Positions 38,978-48,194 of a DNA stretch of 64,000 nucleotides are shown one piece after another; position 1 is the first letter of the stretch; each line of letters begins with the position of its first letter. The translations under genes and the position numbers were made by a program. Below the pieces are notes generated by a model. It did no database searches. It had not been told where the DNA came from and saw nothing but the letters and a program-made list of their open reading frames with translations. This stretch comes from Gemmatimonadota bacterium (GTDB lineage: Bacteria; Gemmatimonadota; Gemmatimonadetes; Gemmatimonadales; GWC2-71-9): assembly GCA_039586365.1 (NCBI GenBank), contig JBDHKN010000003.1, positions 38,275-102,274 of the forward strand. Direction: 5' to 3'.

Positions 38978-39055
38978 CATCTCTGTTGCTGCTCGAGCGA
39001 GCAAGACACTTACTTCATCTCTGTTGCTGCTCGAGCGAGCAAGACACTTACTTCA
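38978..39055. repeat. Exact 38-bp tandem duplication
   Basis: catctctgttgctgctcgagcgagcaagacacttactt at 38978-39015 and 39016-39053, plus 'ca'. Confidence 0.95.
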
Positions 39056-39089
39056 CTCGGTGGACCAGCCTGATACGCTGTTGTTGCGA

Positions 39090-40184
39090 CTACGCCCCCT
39101 GCGGATTGGACTGCAGCTGTCGCTCGGTGTAGTCCGCAGGTGGTTGAAACAGATCGGGCATCAAGGTCGCCAAGTCGACATCTAGGATTTCGGTCTTGAC
39201 TCGCATGACCACAGCTTGCTTCAACTCCGGTTCGTCCTCCCTATCGCGGTTCCCTCCTCCGAACAGGCCGCCGAGCCGCCGGCGAGCCCCATCCACAGCT
39301 CCGCGAGCTGCCGCAGCACCCACGTCCTCGGACAGGCTCCGGTCGGCGTCACGCAGTACGGCCTCCCGATCGAACTCCACGCCCTCAGGAACGACCACGA
39401 AATGCGCCACGGTTCGGAGCGCCGTTCCCCGCAGTCCTTGCAACTCTTCCGCCATCCGTTCGATCCCCTCGCGCAGTCGGGGATCCTGGGCATAGACTGC
39501 TCCCATGTCCCGAGCGCTCTCTTCCGGAACTTCGAATCCTTGCATCACTTGTTCGGCCCAGGCCTGCTGGAACGCTTGCTCGACTTCGTGTCCGGGGAAC
39601 TCCTCGCTGAGCCAGAGCTCTGAGAGCACATAGAGCGATCCCTCGATTGTCGAATCGCCTGCTTCCGAACGTGCCTCACCCTCTATCTCCACGGTCAAGA
39701 AGACCTGCTCTGCCTCGTAGCCGGCAACGCGCTCCGTGCGACCGGTGCGATCGGTCGACACGTGGACCTCGTAGTGCACGGAATCAGGTTGAGCCGCTTC
39801 CTGCTCCAATTCTTGTGGTTCGACCGCCTGGCCTTCCGGACCCTTTACTCCCCCGGCCAGTCCAGCGAGCATCTCGGCGAAACTCATGGTCCAATAGGTC
39901 TTGGCCTCGTGATCGAGATAGGTGATAGCCCCGTTTTCTGCGCTCATGATGGACGAATCATCTTCCTGGTCGGTCCGCATGTGCGTGCTAGTGATCGACA
40001 CCGTCTCGCGCACCGGGTCGCCGAATCCAGGAACCAGCTGCATCACGCGGCCAAGGCTCCCGCCCAGCTCTACTGTGGAAATGCTGGAGTAGCGAACGTG
40101 TTGCGCGTGTGCATCTGCAAACAGCGCGGGTACCGCCAAAGCGACGAGCGCCAAGGCATAGCGAAGTTGTTGGATGTTGAGCAT
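39090..40184 (-). CDS. Exported hypothetical protein (DUF4412-like)
   Basis: Signal peptide ending 'AHA'; 'YLDHEAKTY', 'RTGRTERVAGY', terminal 'LFQPPADY'. Confidence 0.65.
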   Translation of the reverse strand: MLNIQQLRYALALVALAVPALFADAHAQHVRYSSISTVELGGSLGRVMQLVPGFGDPVRETVSITSTHMRTDQEDDSSIMSAENGAITYLDHEAKTYWTMSFAEMLAGLAGGVKGPEGQAVEPQELEQEAAQPDSVHYEVHVSTDRTGRTERVAGYEAEQVFLTVEIEGEARSEAGDSTIEGSLYVLSELWLSEEFPGHEVEQAFQQAWAEQVMQGFEVPEESARDMGAVYAQDPRLREGIERMAEELQGLRGTALRTVAHFVVVPEGVEFDREAVLRDADRSLSEDVGAAAARGAVDGARRRLGGLFGGGNRDREDEPELKQAVVMRVKTEILDVDLATLMPDLFQPPADYTERQLQSNPQGA

Positions 40185-40258
40185 GGTCCCTTCTTCCGGA
40201 GAGTTGAAGCAGAGGAGACTAGCCGAGGAAGCGTATTTGTCAAGCGCCGTTCCCGGCG

Positions 40259-42982
40259 CTACAACTCGCCCATCGCCGCGACAGGATCCACCCGGGCTGC
40301 TCTCCGAGCTGGCAGGTAGCTCGCCGCTAGAGCGACTGCGAGGAGCAAGAGTGAGACAACCGCTAGGGTGAGTGGGTCAGTGGCGCTCACCTCGTATAGC
40401 ATGGAGCCGAGCAGGCGACTGATAGCGTATGTCCCCACCAATCCCAGTACTACGCCCACGGTTGCGACTGCCAACCCTTGTTTCACGAACATGCGGCACA
40501 CCGTGACTTGGTCGGCACCGAGCGCCATGCGGATCCCGATCTCCCGCGTGCTCTGACTCACCAGATAAGAGACAACCCCATACAACCCCACTACTCCGAG
40601 AACCAAGGCCACGCATGCCGCGATGAGGAGCAGCAGCGTACTGAATGCTGTGCGTCCCCTGGCTCTAGCCACGATTTCTTCCATGGTGCGGACGTTCGTG
40701 AGTGGCACGTTCTGTTCGATCGATCGGATTGCCGCAGTCACGGACCCGACCAGCGAACTCGGCGCGACGTTGGTACGCACGGCGAGGCTCAGGGTCCCGG
40801 AAAAGATGGGATCAGTGTCAGGACTGAAATACAGCGGTGCGAGTGGGTAATAGACCATTTCTGTCGCGGGCTGCTCGAGGCTCTCATAGCGAACCGGCCC
40901 GACCACGCCGACCACGCTGTACCACATACCGGTATCCTCGAAGCGTGCCGGGGTCAGTCGCTTGCCGATCGGGTTCTCGTTGGGCCATAGGCGCTCGGCA
41001 AGAGGGGCGCTTATGATGACGGCTCTGCCCGGTCCGCCGAGGTCGCTGCGGTCGAAGTAACGGCCCGCGTGTAGAGGAATGCGCAGGGTCTCCAAGTAGC
41101 CAGGAACGATCAGCTGAGTTAGGTAGTTGGGAATGAACTCGTCCTCACTAAGCGGGAAATCCTCGAAGCTGTGGCCGAGCATCGTGCCACCTTCTGCTAG
41201 CGGGAGACCGCTAGCCGCGCCCACGGCTTGGACAGCCGGGATCGTGCGCACCAGGTCGATCACAGCTTGATAGAAAGCGACCGTAGCGGTACTGGTCTCG
41301 GGGCTGGCCCCGGGCAAGTGCAGGCGCATGGTGAGCACCCCCCGTGACTCGAAGCCAGGTGCGACATCATGGAGCTTCTGGAAGCTCCGCACCATCAAGC
41401 CGGAGCCCGCCATGAGAACGAGGGCGAGAGTGAGCTGCGCCACCGCCAACGTCTCCCGCACCCGCCTGCGCCCTCCCGCGATGCGGTACCCACCTGATTG
41501 CAGTGCTGTCGCTGGGCTGGGGATGCGTCTCAGGCTAGGCAGCAGGCCGACGAGGAGGCTGCACAGTAGCGAGATCGCCAAGGCGAACAGTAGTACGGAA
41601 CTGCTCAATCCTATGTTCTCTGACCGCGGGATCTGCTGTGGTGCGAGAGCCAATATCGCGGGACCGGTGGTGTGAGCCAGGGCGAGTCCGATGACTCCGC
41701 CGCTCAGGGCGAGGATCGTGCTCTCAGCTAGGAACATGAAAATGATTGCGCCACGGCTGCCACCGAGTACGGTGCGCAGCGCCACTTCGTGCTGCCGTTC
41801 CTCGGCGCGAGCTAGGAACAGGTTGGCGACGTTGGCACAGGCAATGAGCAGGACGCAGCCGACGCTGCCCAACAGTATCAGGAGGGCGCCGGAGACGTCA
41901 CCTACCAAGTCCTCCTTGAAGGGGTGCACCAGGGCAGAGAGATGCAGCTCCTCGAAAACTGCCGCGGCGTTCTCGGGATCGGGGAACGCCTCGTACATCC
42001 GAGCTGCAAGTGCCTCCATGTCGGCCTGCGCGGCCGCGATGGTGATCCCGGATCTCAGCCGGGCGATGGCAGTCGAGTTCCAGTACGAGCGATCCGGGTT
42101 CGCATGATCGATCTCCATGGGCAGCCACAGCTGCGTGTCCGGAGTCGGGAAGTGGAACTCGGTAGGCATCACGCCGATGACCGTGTGATTCGAGCCATTC
42201 ACGTGAATCGTTTGACCGAGGATGCGCTGGTCCTTCCCGAATCGGCTTGACCACAGCTGATGGCTCAAGACCACGGTGGGTGGGGAGCCTGGATTCTCAT
42301 CGTCCTCCAAGAATCCCCGTCCGAGCTGCGGAGCTACACCAAGCACTTCGAGGGTGGAAGCCGAGACCCAAGTGACCGGGAGCTGCTCGGCTAGGTCGCG
42401 ACCGGTGAGGCTGGCCGAACCATTGCGGAAGATGCCCAGATTCTCGAAAACCCGGTTGTTTTCACGATAGAACAAGTAGCTTATCTGTGCGTGTCCCCAC
42501 TTCTCTGGCATGTGCCATACGCCTACCAGATGTGTGGACTCGGGGTAAGGCAGTGGCTCGATGAGGACGCCATGGACAATACTGAAAATGGTCGTGGTGG
42601 CTCCGATCCCCAGTGAGAGTGATAGGATCGCTATGATGGAGAGCCCGGGACTCCGGAACAATCGGCGGTAGGCATTTCGTATTTCTCGCCCGATCAATCT
42701 GATCCGCTCCGTTCCGTTCCGCCGTACAGGGGTTCTTGTGCCGCGCCTGATTCCGGAGAGGCGCTCCCCTAACCCGAATGACAGAGCGTGGAGCGTGGAG
42801 CGGACCCAGAACAGCGCGAGGGCAATCCAACCGTTGGCATGAGCATCGCGCAGCTGCCTCTCAAACGTGTACTGCATCCCGTCTGCGAACCGGGTGCGGA
42901 ATCCCCTCGGATATGCCAAGAGCAACCAGTTGAACAGACGATCGCTGCGAGAACTTGGGTGTGTGCTGTCTTTGCTCGTCAT
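40259..42982 (-). CDS. ABC transporter permease, MacB/FtsX duplicated (ADOP-type)
   Basis: 'LSLGIGATTTIFS', 'VLLIACANVANLFLAR', 'EIGIRMALGA', 'YLPARRAARVDP'. Confidence 0.93.
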   Translation of the reverse strand: MTSKDSTHPSSRSDRLFNWLLLAYPRGFRTRFADGMQYTFERQLRDAHANGWIALALFWVRSTLHALSFGLGERLSGIRRGTRTPVRRNGTERIRLIGREIRNAYRRLFRSPGLSIIAILSLSLGIGATTTIFSIVHGVLIEPLPYPESTHLVGVWHMPEKWGHAQISYLFYRENNRVFENLGIFRNGSASLTGRDLAEQLPVTWVSASTLEVLGVAPQLGRGFLEDDENPGSPPTVVLSHQLWSSRFGKDQRILGQTIHVNGSNHTVIGVMPTEFHFPTPDTQLWLPMEIDHANPDRSYWNSTAIARLRSGITIAAAQADMEALAARMYEAFPDPENAAAVFEELHLSALVHPFKEDLVGDVSGALLILLGSVGCVLLIACANVANLFLARAEERQHEVALRTVLGGSRGAIIFMFLAESTILALSGGVIGLALAHTTGPAILALAPQQIPRSENIGLSSSVLLFALAISLLCSLLVGLLPSLRRIPSPATALQSGGYRIAGGRRRVRETLAVAQLTLALVLMAGSGLMVRSFQKLHDVAPGFESRGVLTMRLHLPGASPETSTATVAFYQAVIDLVRTIPAVQAVGAASGLPLAEGGTMLGHSFEDFPLSEDEFIPNYLTQLIVPGYLETLRIPLHAGRYFDRSDLGGPGRAVIISAPLAERLWPNENPIGKRLTPARFEDTGMWYSVVGVVGPVRYESLEQPATEMVYYPLAPLYFSPDTDPIFSGTLSLAVRTNVAPSSLVGSVTAAIRSIEQNVPLTNVRTMEEIVARARGRTAFSTLLLLIAACVALVLGVVGLYGVVSYLVSQSTREIGIRMALGADQVTVCRMFVKQGLAVATVGVVLGLVGTYAISRLLGSMLYEVSATDPLTLAVVSLLLLAVALAASYLPARRAARVDPVAAMGEL

Positions 42983-43347
42983 GCCGTTTCCCCTCCCGAC
43001 ATCAACCCCAACTCTTCCGTCAGAGCTACCAGACCTGCCAGCCGTCGGCTCTCGGCCGTGACCACCTCCCTTCCGAGGCGAGTCAGCCGGTAGTAGGCGC
43101 CCCGGCGCCGATCGTCGTTTGGGGGGCGCTCAGCCGCTTCTTGGACCAGGCCCTCATCCAGCAGCTTTCTCAGATGGCGGTAGAACGGACCCGTTTCCAG
43201 ATGGATCAGATCTGCCGAGCGCTCACGCACCGCCTGAATCACGCCATACGCATGGGATTGTCGCTCGGCCAAAGCCAACAGGATGTGAAACACGACCGGC
43301 TTCAGTGGCAGGTGGGATTCGACCGCGGCATCGTGTGGATCGGTCAT
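42979..43347 (-). CDS. PadR family transcriptional regulator
   Basis: RBS GGAGG; 'FHILLAL...HAYGV', 'GPFY..L.KLL..GLV', 'YYRLT.LGR'; ATGA overlap with the permease. Confidence 0.92.
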   Translation of the reverse strand: MTDPHDAAVESHLPLKPVVFHILLALAERQSHAYGVIQAVRERSADLIHLETGPFYRHLRKLLDEGLVQEAAERPPNDDRRRGAYYRLTRLGREVVTAESRRLAGLVALTEELGLMSGGETA

Positions 43348-43371
43348 GTCGGGACACCTCCTGCAAGTGCA

Positions 43372-43399
43372 GTACGTATGATACATGTACGATACGTAC
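43372..43399. promoter_or_regulatory. 28-bp near-palindrome, candidate PadR operator
   Basis: gtacgtat-ga-tacatgta-cg-atacgtac, about 25 bp upstream of the PadR gene start. Confidence 0.7.
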
Positions 43400-43670
43400 C
43401 TATTTTTTGTTTCAATGGCGTCGGATTGGGAGCTGGTGCGAGCGAGACAAGCCAGAGGCGACGGTGTGCACACTGCAGATCTAGTCCAATTGTGACCCAA
43501 CTCACTGCCTGAGGACGCACCTGTGGCCAATATGGTTCCCCTTCACGGGTTTGACACCCGATCGTCAGCGAACCGGAGCGGGCGACGTCGGGGCGGGGGA
43601 AGTGACCTCAAGACCTCCGTCCTGACGTGGCAGATCATAGGGTCGAACGTTCGAGATCGGAGGATTCGCA

Positions 43671-44573
43671 ATGTCACCACGTCGGCTTCCAATTTCACGG
43701 ATGGTAACTGCGCTAGCTGGTTCGCTCTGCGTCTTTGCAGCGGGCTGTGGACCTTCACCACAGGCCCAACAGCGGCTAGCAGAACTGGAGGAGGCCGCCT
43801 CCGAACGAGACAACCTCCTCGTTGAAATCGCCGACCTTGGAAGGTTCATGAGTGACGTGAGCGCTGAGCTGTCGGGCGTGAGCCTCGAGGAGTCTGGCTT
43901 GGAGGTTCTGGTGGAATCGCCCCTGCAGGCGCCGCGCGAGTCGGTGTTGGTGAAAATCCGCTACTTGAATGATCGCGTGGCAGAAAGCGAGCGGAGGCTG
44001 GCTCAAAGTCAGCAACGTATTCGCATCCTGTCTCTGGATTCCGACACACTAGAGATGCTTTTGGCTAGGACGATTGCCAGCTACGAGCGTACGCTCGAGA
44101 ACCAACGTGCGACGATTGAGACGCTCACCGAGCGGGTGCATACTCTGGAGGTGGAGAACTTGCAGCTAGCGGCCTCGGTCGACACACTCACCACCCAGTT
44201 GGACACTCTCAAGGCTGAGACAAACACTGTCTACTACGCTGTTGGTACCAAGGATGAGTTGCTGGATCGTGGCATCGTGGAGAAGGAGGGTGGAGCCAGG
44301 TTCCTCTTCATCTTCGGCAAACGCGGGGAGACGCTGGTACCGGCACGCGAACTCGATCCAGCCGCCTTCACCGCGATCGACAAGGATGAGGTAACCACAA
44401 TCGCTTTACCGGATTCGACAGCCGTATACGAGATCGCCTCGCGCCATCCCACGGATCACGTGTCAGCGGATGTAGTTGACCAGGGCAAGATCAGGGGCTC
44501 CTTCATGCAGATCGACTCACCGAACCAGTTCTGGAAGGCCTCGAGGTTCCTGATCGTCGTGAGCAAGTCCTAG
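43671..44573 (+). CDS. Coiled-coil lipoprotein, Cbp1-like family
   Basis: RBS GGAGG; 'AAGC' lipobox; long coiled coil; C-terminal 'NTVYYAVGTKDEL', 'FTAID', 'SRHP', 'FWKASRFLIV'. Confidence 0.7.
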   Translation: MSPRRLPISRMVTALAGSLCVFAAGCGPSPQAQQRLAELEEAASERDNLLVEIADLGRFMSDVSAELSGVSLEESGLEVLVESPLQAPRESVLVKIRYLNDRVAESERRLAQSQQRIRILSLDSDTLEMLLARTIASYERTLENQRATIETLTERVHTLEVENLQLAASVDTLTTQLDTLKAETNTVYYAVGTKDELLDRGIVEKEGGARFLFIFGKRGETLVPARELDPAAFTAIDKDEVTTIALPDSTAVYEIASRHPTDHVSADVVDQGKIRGSFMQIDSPNQFWKASRFLIVVSKS

Positions 44574-44609
44574 AGCCGTAGGTCACAGCGCAGTCAAGCA
44601 GCGGCGAAT

Positions 44610-44645
44610 CACCCCTCACCGAAGATCGGTGAGGGGTGCTTTGTT
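44610..44645. terminator. Intrinsic terminator between convergent genes
   Basis: 13-bp perfect stem cacccctcaccga/tcggtgaggggtg then ctttgtt. Confidence 0.75.
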
Positions 44646-44660
44646 GCGTTCTTGTGTCGC

Positions 44661-45218
44661 TCAATTCCACGTCAGGCCAAGGGTGAACACGAAGGTCGAG
44701 TTCGTGTGCACAGGGTCATTCTCTGCATCAATCAGTTGGAAGACCCAGTTGATGTTGGGTGTGAGAGATAGCTGGCGGCCGAGACTAACATCAAAACCCA
44801 AGCCAGCCGTGGTCCCCAATCCGCCCTCCGCCCGTATCTCGCTCGAGTCACCTTCGACAGCAGCCCGAGTCACGCCTGCGATGCCGAAGCCACCTTTCAG
44901 GAACAAGCCACTGTTGTCCCGTGGAAAAAGCATGGCGATGACCATAACATTGCCGTGCGTGATCACGTCATCATGCTGCTCTCTGGCCCATCCAAAAGCT
45001 TCAGCTCCGAGCTTAACCCGCTGGTTTACAGTTCCTCCGACGCGGAAGTAGCCCGAACCGCCGATCAGGGGATCATCGTCGGGCTGATCCGTAAGGTTCA
45101 TGCCAACACCGAGGCCAAAGCCGATCCAGAAACCCTCGTGCATCTGCCTGTGCTGAGCCGTCGTCAGGCCGCTCAGCATCAGCAGGCAGCATATGGCAAC
45201 TGGGAAAGTGCGTATCAT
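44661..45218 (-). CDS. Outer-membrane beta-barrel protein (8-strand type)
   Basis: RBS GGAGG; signal peptide; amphipathic strands 'GFWIGFGLGVG', 'LFLKGGFG'; C-terminal 'LGLTWN'. Confidence 0.75.
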   Translation of the reverse strand: MIRTFPVAICCLLMLSGLTTAQHRQMHEGFWIGFGLGVGMNLTDQPDDDPLIGGSGYFRVGGTVNQRVKLGAEAFGWAREQHDDVITHGNVMVIAMLFPRDNSGLFLKGGFGIAGVTRAAVEGDSSEIRAEGGLGTTAGLGFDVSLGRQLSLTPNINWVFQLIDAENDPVHTNSTFVFTLGLTWN

Positions 45219-45291
45219 TGCACACCTCCAATTGTTGACAACAGTGCGTTCTACTCTTCCATGTTCCAGCCGTCGCGATTGTCGTCAGATC

Positions 45292-45396
45292 TCAGCACAT
45301 CACCCAGGGGTGATAGACGGCGTAGAACAGCGCGGCCAAAAGGCCGAGCAACACTGTAACGAAGAGCCAAGAATCCTTTGGCGTCGCCGTCTTCAT
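45292..45396 (-). CDS. Putative 34-aa single-TM peptide
   Basis: MKTATPKDSWLFVTVLLGLLAALFYAVYHPWVMC; GGAG/AAGGTG upstream; downstream of candidate LytTR boxes. Confidence 0.5.
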   Translation of the reverse strand: MKTATPKDSWLFVTVLLGLLAALFYAVYHPWVMC

Positions 45397-45489
45397 GATG
45401 TCACCTTGTCTCCGTGCGTCGCCATTAGTTGCGGACTGACTGCCTTCGAGTGTGAAAGGTGCTGCCTGAGGAGGATCGCGAACAACGCT

Positions 45490-45542
45490 TTTGCAGTGAA
45501 TCGAACGAATGGTGCAGTGAATCTCTGCCCCGAGAGTGCGAA
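45490..45542 (-). promoter_or_regulatory. Candidate LytTR-binding direct repeats (21-bp period)
   Basis: Minus strand: ttcgcactctc, ttcactgcacc, ttcactgcaaa at 21-bp steps; exact 11-mer tgcagtgaatc at 45492 and 45513. Confidence 0.65.
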
Positions 45543-45710
45543 CGATCAATATGTTGGCGTCTGCCTAGAGTATTGTGGTCCCGTCCTCCCAACCGAATGC
45601 GAGCCTCAGGTGGGAAACCCAAGCGTGTCTGAGTTGGGTGGAAAGCCCGACAGCTACGGGGTCATGGAACCGTGGATTCGGCTGTCGGGTTGCGAATATT
45701 CAACTCGCAC

Positions 45711-46520
45711 TCACAAGGACTGGCCGAGGATTTGCTCCAACTTCTCTCTGCGGTTGTGACTCAACTTCACTTTGGCTCCGTTATCGAGAATAACGATCTG
45801 TGCTCCGCGGCTGAACGGCTGCAGCTCGCGCACCCGGTCCAGATTGACAATCGCGGAGCGGCTCACCCTGAAAAACCGAGCTGGGTCCAACCGCGATTCC
45901 AAAGAGGTCATCGACTCTCGCAGCAGATGGACCTTGCCGGCTATGTGCAGTTTGACGTAGTAGTTCGCTGCCTCGATCCAAACGATCTCGTCGACACGCA
46001 CAAAGAATACGCGTCCCGCGTCCTTGATGGCGATCCTGGTCAGAAACAGATCGGCTGGCCTAGGCCGGGGTGTGATACCGTCAGCATCGCGGTCTGCCGT
46101 GATGTCCAGCAGCCCGATCAGGCGGCGGCTCAATTCCCCGAGATTCCAATCCCGTATCGCCCGTTTGGCGCGTTCGATGGCTTCCCAGAACCGCTCATCG
46201 TCAAACGGTTTGAGGATGTAGTCTAGCGCATTTACCTCGAACGCGCGCACGGCGAATTCGTCGTACGCGGTAATGAAGATCACATGGGGCATGTTGTCAG
46301 CCCCGACAGCACGCAATACCTCAAAGCCGTCCATCTCTGGCATCTGGATGTCTAGCAGCAATAGATCGGGCTCAAGCAGCTTGACTGCTTCTACCGCTAC
46401 TCGTCCATCGGCGCACTCTCCTACTACCTCGAGATCTGGGCGCTGCTGACATAGCTCAGTGAGTCCCGATCGGGCGAGTGGCTCGTCGTCGACAACCAGC
46501 ACTCGAATCCGGTCCGTCAT
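45711..46520 (-). CDS. LytTR family response regulator
   Basis: Receiver 'VVDDEPLAR', 'LLDIQMP', 'FITAYD', 'DYILKP'; LytTR 'IEAANYYV', 'FFRVSRSAIVN'. Confidence 0.95.
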   Translation of the reverse strand: MTDRIRVLVVDDEPLARSGLTELCQQRPDLEVVGECADGRVAVEAVKLLEPDLLLLDIQMPEMDGFEVLRAVGADNMPHVIFITAYDEFAVRAFEVNALDYILKPFDDERFWEAIERAKRAIRDWNLGELSRRLIGLLDITADRDADGITPRPRPADLFLTRIAIKDAGRVFFVRVDEIVWIEAANYYVKLHIAGKVHLLRESMTSLESRLDPARFFRVSRSAIVNLDRVRELQPFSRGAQIVILDNGAKVKLSHNRREKLEQILGQSL

Positions 46521-47650
46521 TGCTGCTCCGGACCAGATAAGGGATGGGTGTGGAACGGAAGGCTTATCGTCGCGATGACTCCCTGCGAAGGTGCATTGCG
46601 CAACTGGAGTTTCTGTTGGCTACCGTAAAGTTGTGCCAGCCTCGCACGCGTGTTGCTGATGCCCACACTGTTTCCCATCCGGGCTACACCGGATAATCCT
46701 GGACCGTCGTCAATTACATCGAGCACCAGATTGTCGTCGGTCCTGTGTGCCGTAATTGCTACCAGCTTCGCTGCCGTCCGCTTCGCAATGCCATGACGAA
46801 TCGCGTTCTCGACCAGCGGTTGCAGAATGAGGTTGGGCACCTGAGCGTCCAGCGTATCGTGATCGGCGTCTATCCTCACCTCGAGCCTGTCCCGGAACCG
46901 CACCTGCTCGATAGCCAGGTATCGCTCCACGAAATCCAGCTCTTGCCTGAGCGGCACCTCGACTTCGCGTGTGTCCTCCAACACGTAGCGCAACAGATCG
47001 CTCAGCCCAGCCACGGTGCGGACTGCCTCATCGCGTTGCTGGTGTCGTACGAGCATCGCGATGCTGTTCATGGCGTTGAACAGGAAATGGGGATTGAGTT
47101 GCATTCGAAGGGCACGTATCTGGGCCTGGGCCAGCTGTTCCGACAGTCGAGTGGTGGCTAGTTCGCGCTCACGGTAACGCCGGTAGTAGTCGAGCGCGTG
47201 GGCAACTCCGGCAATTGCACAGTACGCGAGAAGGTTGGAGGAGAGCTGATATGAGGCGTAGGCCATGAACAGGGTGAGGTACGACAGTTCTGCTACTGAC
47301 TCAGTGAGCTGGGATCGGGACGCCCAAATGATCTGGAAAATGACAGCCGTGTGCACCGACGAGAGGACCATGGCGAACACCAGGTGTGAGATGCCGCGCG
47401 ACACTAGCCGCGTTCTCTCCAAGGGCAACCGGCGTGCCAGCCAAAAGACCACCGGTGCCAGCAGGGCCCAGAGATACCAGAAGGGCATCGTCAGCAGAAC
47501 GGCAGCCACGAATGCCACCGGCTCACCTTCCACGCGCGCGGATACGTAATGTTGGCTCGCCGCAATCACACCGAGTGCTGTGGCGATCGCGAATCCCTGA
47601 AGTGTCCGCCAACGGAGTCGTGTGGCTCGTTTGCCTGAGTCTGCGGTCAT
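46517..47650 (-). CDS. LytS/YehU-type sensor histidine kinase
   Basis: N-terminal TM segments; 'LRMQLNPHFLFN', 'ILQPLVENAIRHG', 'DDGPG', 'GISNTRARL'. Confidence 0.95.
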   Translation of the reverse strand: MTADSGKRATRLRWRTLQGFAIATALGVIAASQHYVSARVEGEPVAFVAAVLLTMPFWYLWALLAPVVFWLARRLPLERTRLVSRGISHLVFAMVLSSVHTAVIFQIIWASRSQLTESVAELSYLTLFMAYASYQLSSNLLAYCAIAGVAHALDYYRRYRERELATTRLSEQLAQAQIRALRMQLNPHFLFNAMNSIAMLVRHQQRDEAVRTVAGLSDLLRYVLEDTREVEVPLRQELDFVERYLAIEQVRFRDRLEVRIDADHDTLDAQVPNLILQPLVENAIRHGIAKRTAAKLVAITAHRTDDNLVLDVIDDGPGLSGVARMGNSVGISNTRARLAQLYGSQQKLQLRNAPSQGVIATISLPFHTHPLSGPEQQ

Positions 47651-47711
47651 GCCACCAACTTACGGCTACGTGGGGTAGCTGAAAAGCTTCAAATTGCAGG
47701 CGCGCACTGTG

Positions 47712-47785
47712 TTCGCTGCCTCCGATGCACGCATTGCCGCAGCCTGCCACAGTCTGACTGCATCAGATGTCGGGTTCACTGCACC
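47712..47785 (+). promoter_or_regulatory. Array of four candidate LytTR boxes (21-bp period)
   Basis: 47712 ttcgctgcctc, 47733 attgccgcagc, 47754 ctgactgcatc, 47775 ttcactgcacc; the last is identical to a box at 45521-45511 (minus strand). Confidence 0.62.
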
Positions 47786-48194
47786 GACGCGGCGATTGGG
47801 CTGACGGATCCTTCCTGAAAACTCGGACTTCAGTCGCTCACCCGACCAGCACGGTTCCTGCATCACGGCCCGGGTGCTCTACGACCTTGTTGCGGTCCCA
47901 AAAATCCTAGTTCGGCCCTCGCTTCCCTGATGTGAACACGGCAGATTCACAACACCGCTCGCCGAACGCTTAGCTTTCGTTCCTATACTTTCCTCCAAAA
48001 TGACCTATGATTGTCAGCATCAGCTTCGCCCGCCGGTTTGGGAGTTGGTACATGATGGACAAGGATTATCGCCGTGACAGATAGCTTCGAGAAGCAGCGG
48101 TCATGAAGCGAGTACTTGAGGGACGAATGAGATCGATAGATCATCGGGTGTGATACGGTGGGATACGATGACAACGTCTTTAAGGAGGGAGCGG

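Noticed and set aside
38978..39055. CRISPR array
   Set aside because: Only two directly abutting copies, no spacers and no cas genes.
45292..47650. Agr-type quorum-sensing system (LytTR regulator plus Cys-containing peptide)
   Set aside because: The kinase is LytS/YehU-type rather than AgrC, no AgrB is present, and the Cys is terminal with no charged tail for thiolactone formation.
48000..48155. Short + strand ORFs upstream of the amidohydrolase
   Set aside because: About 25 codons each, no convincing RBS or motif.
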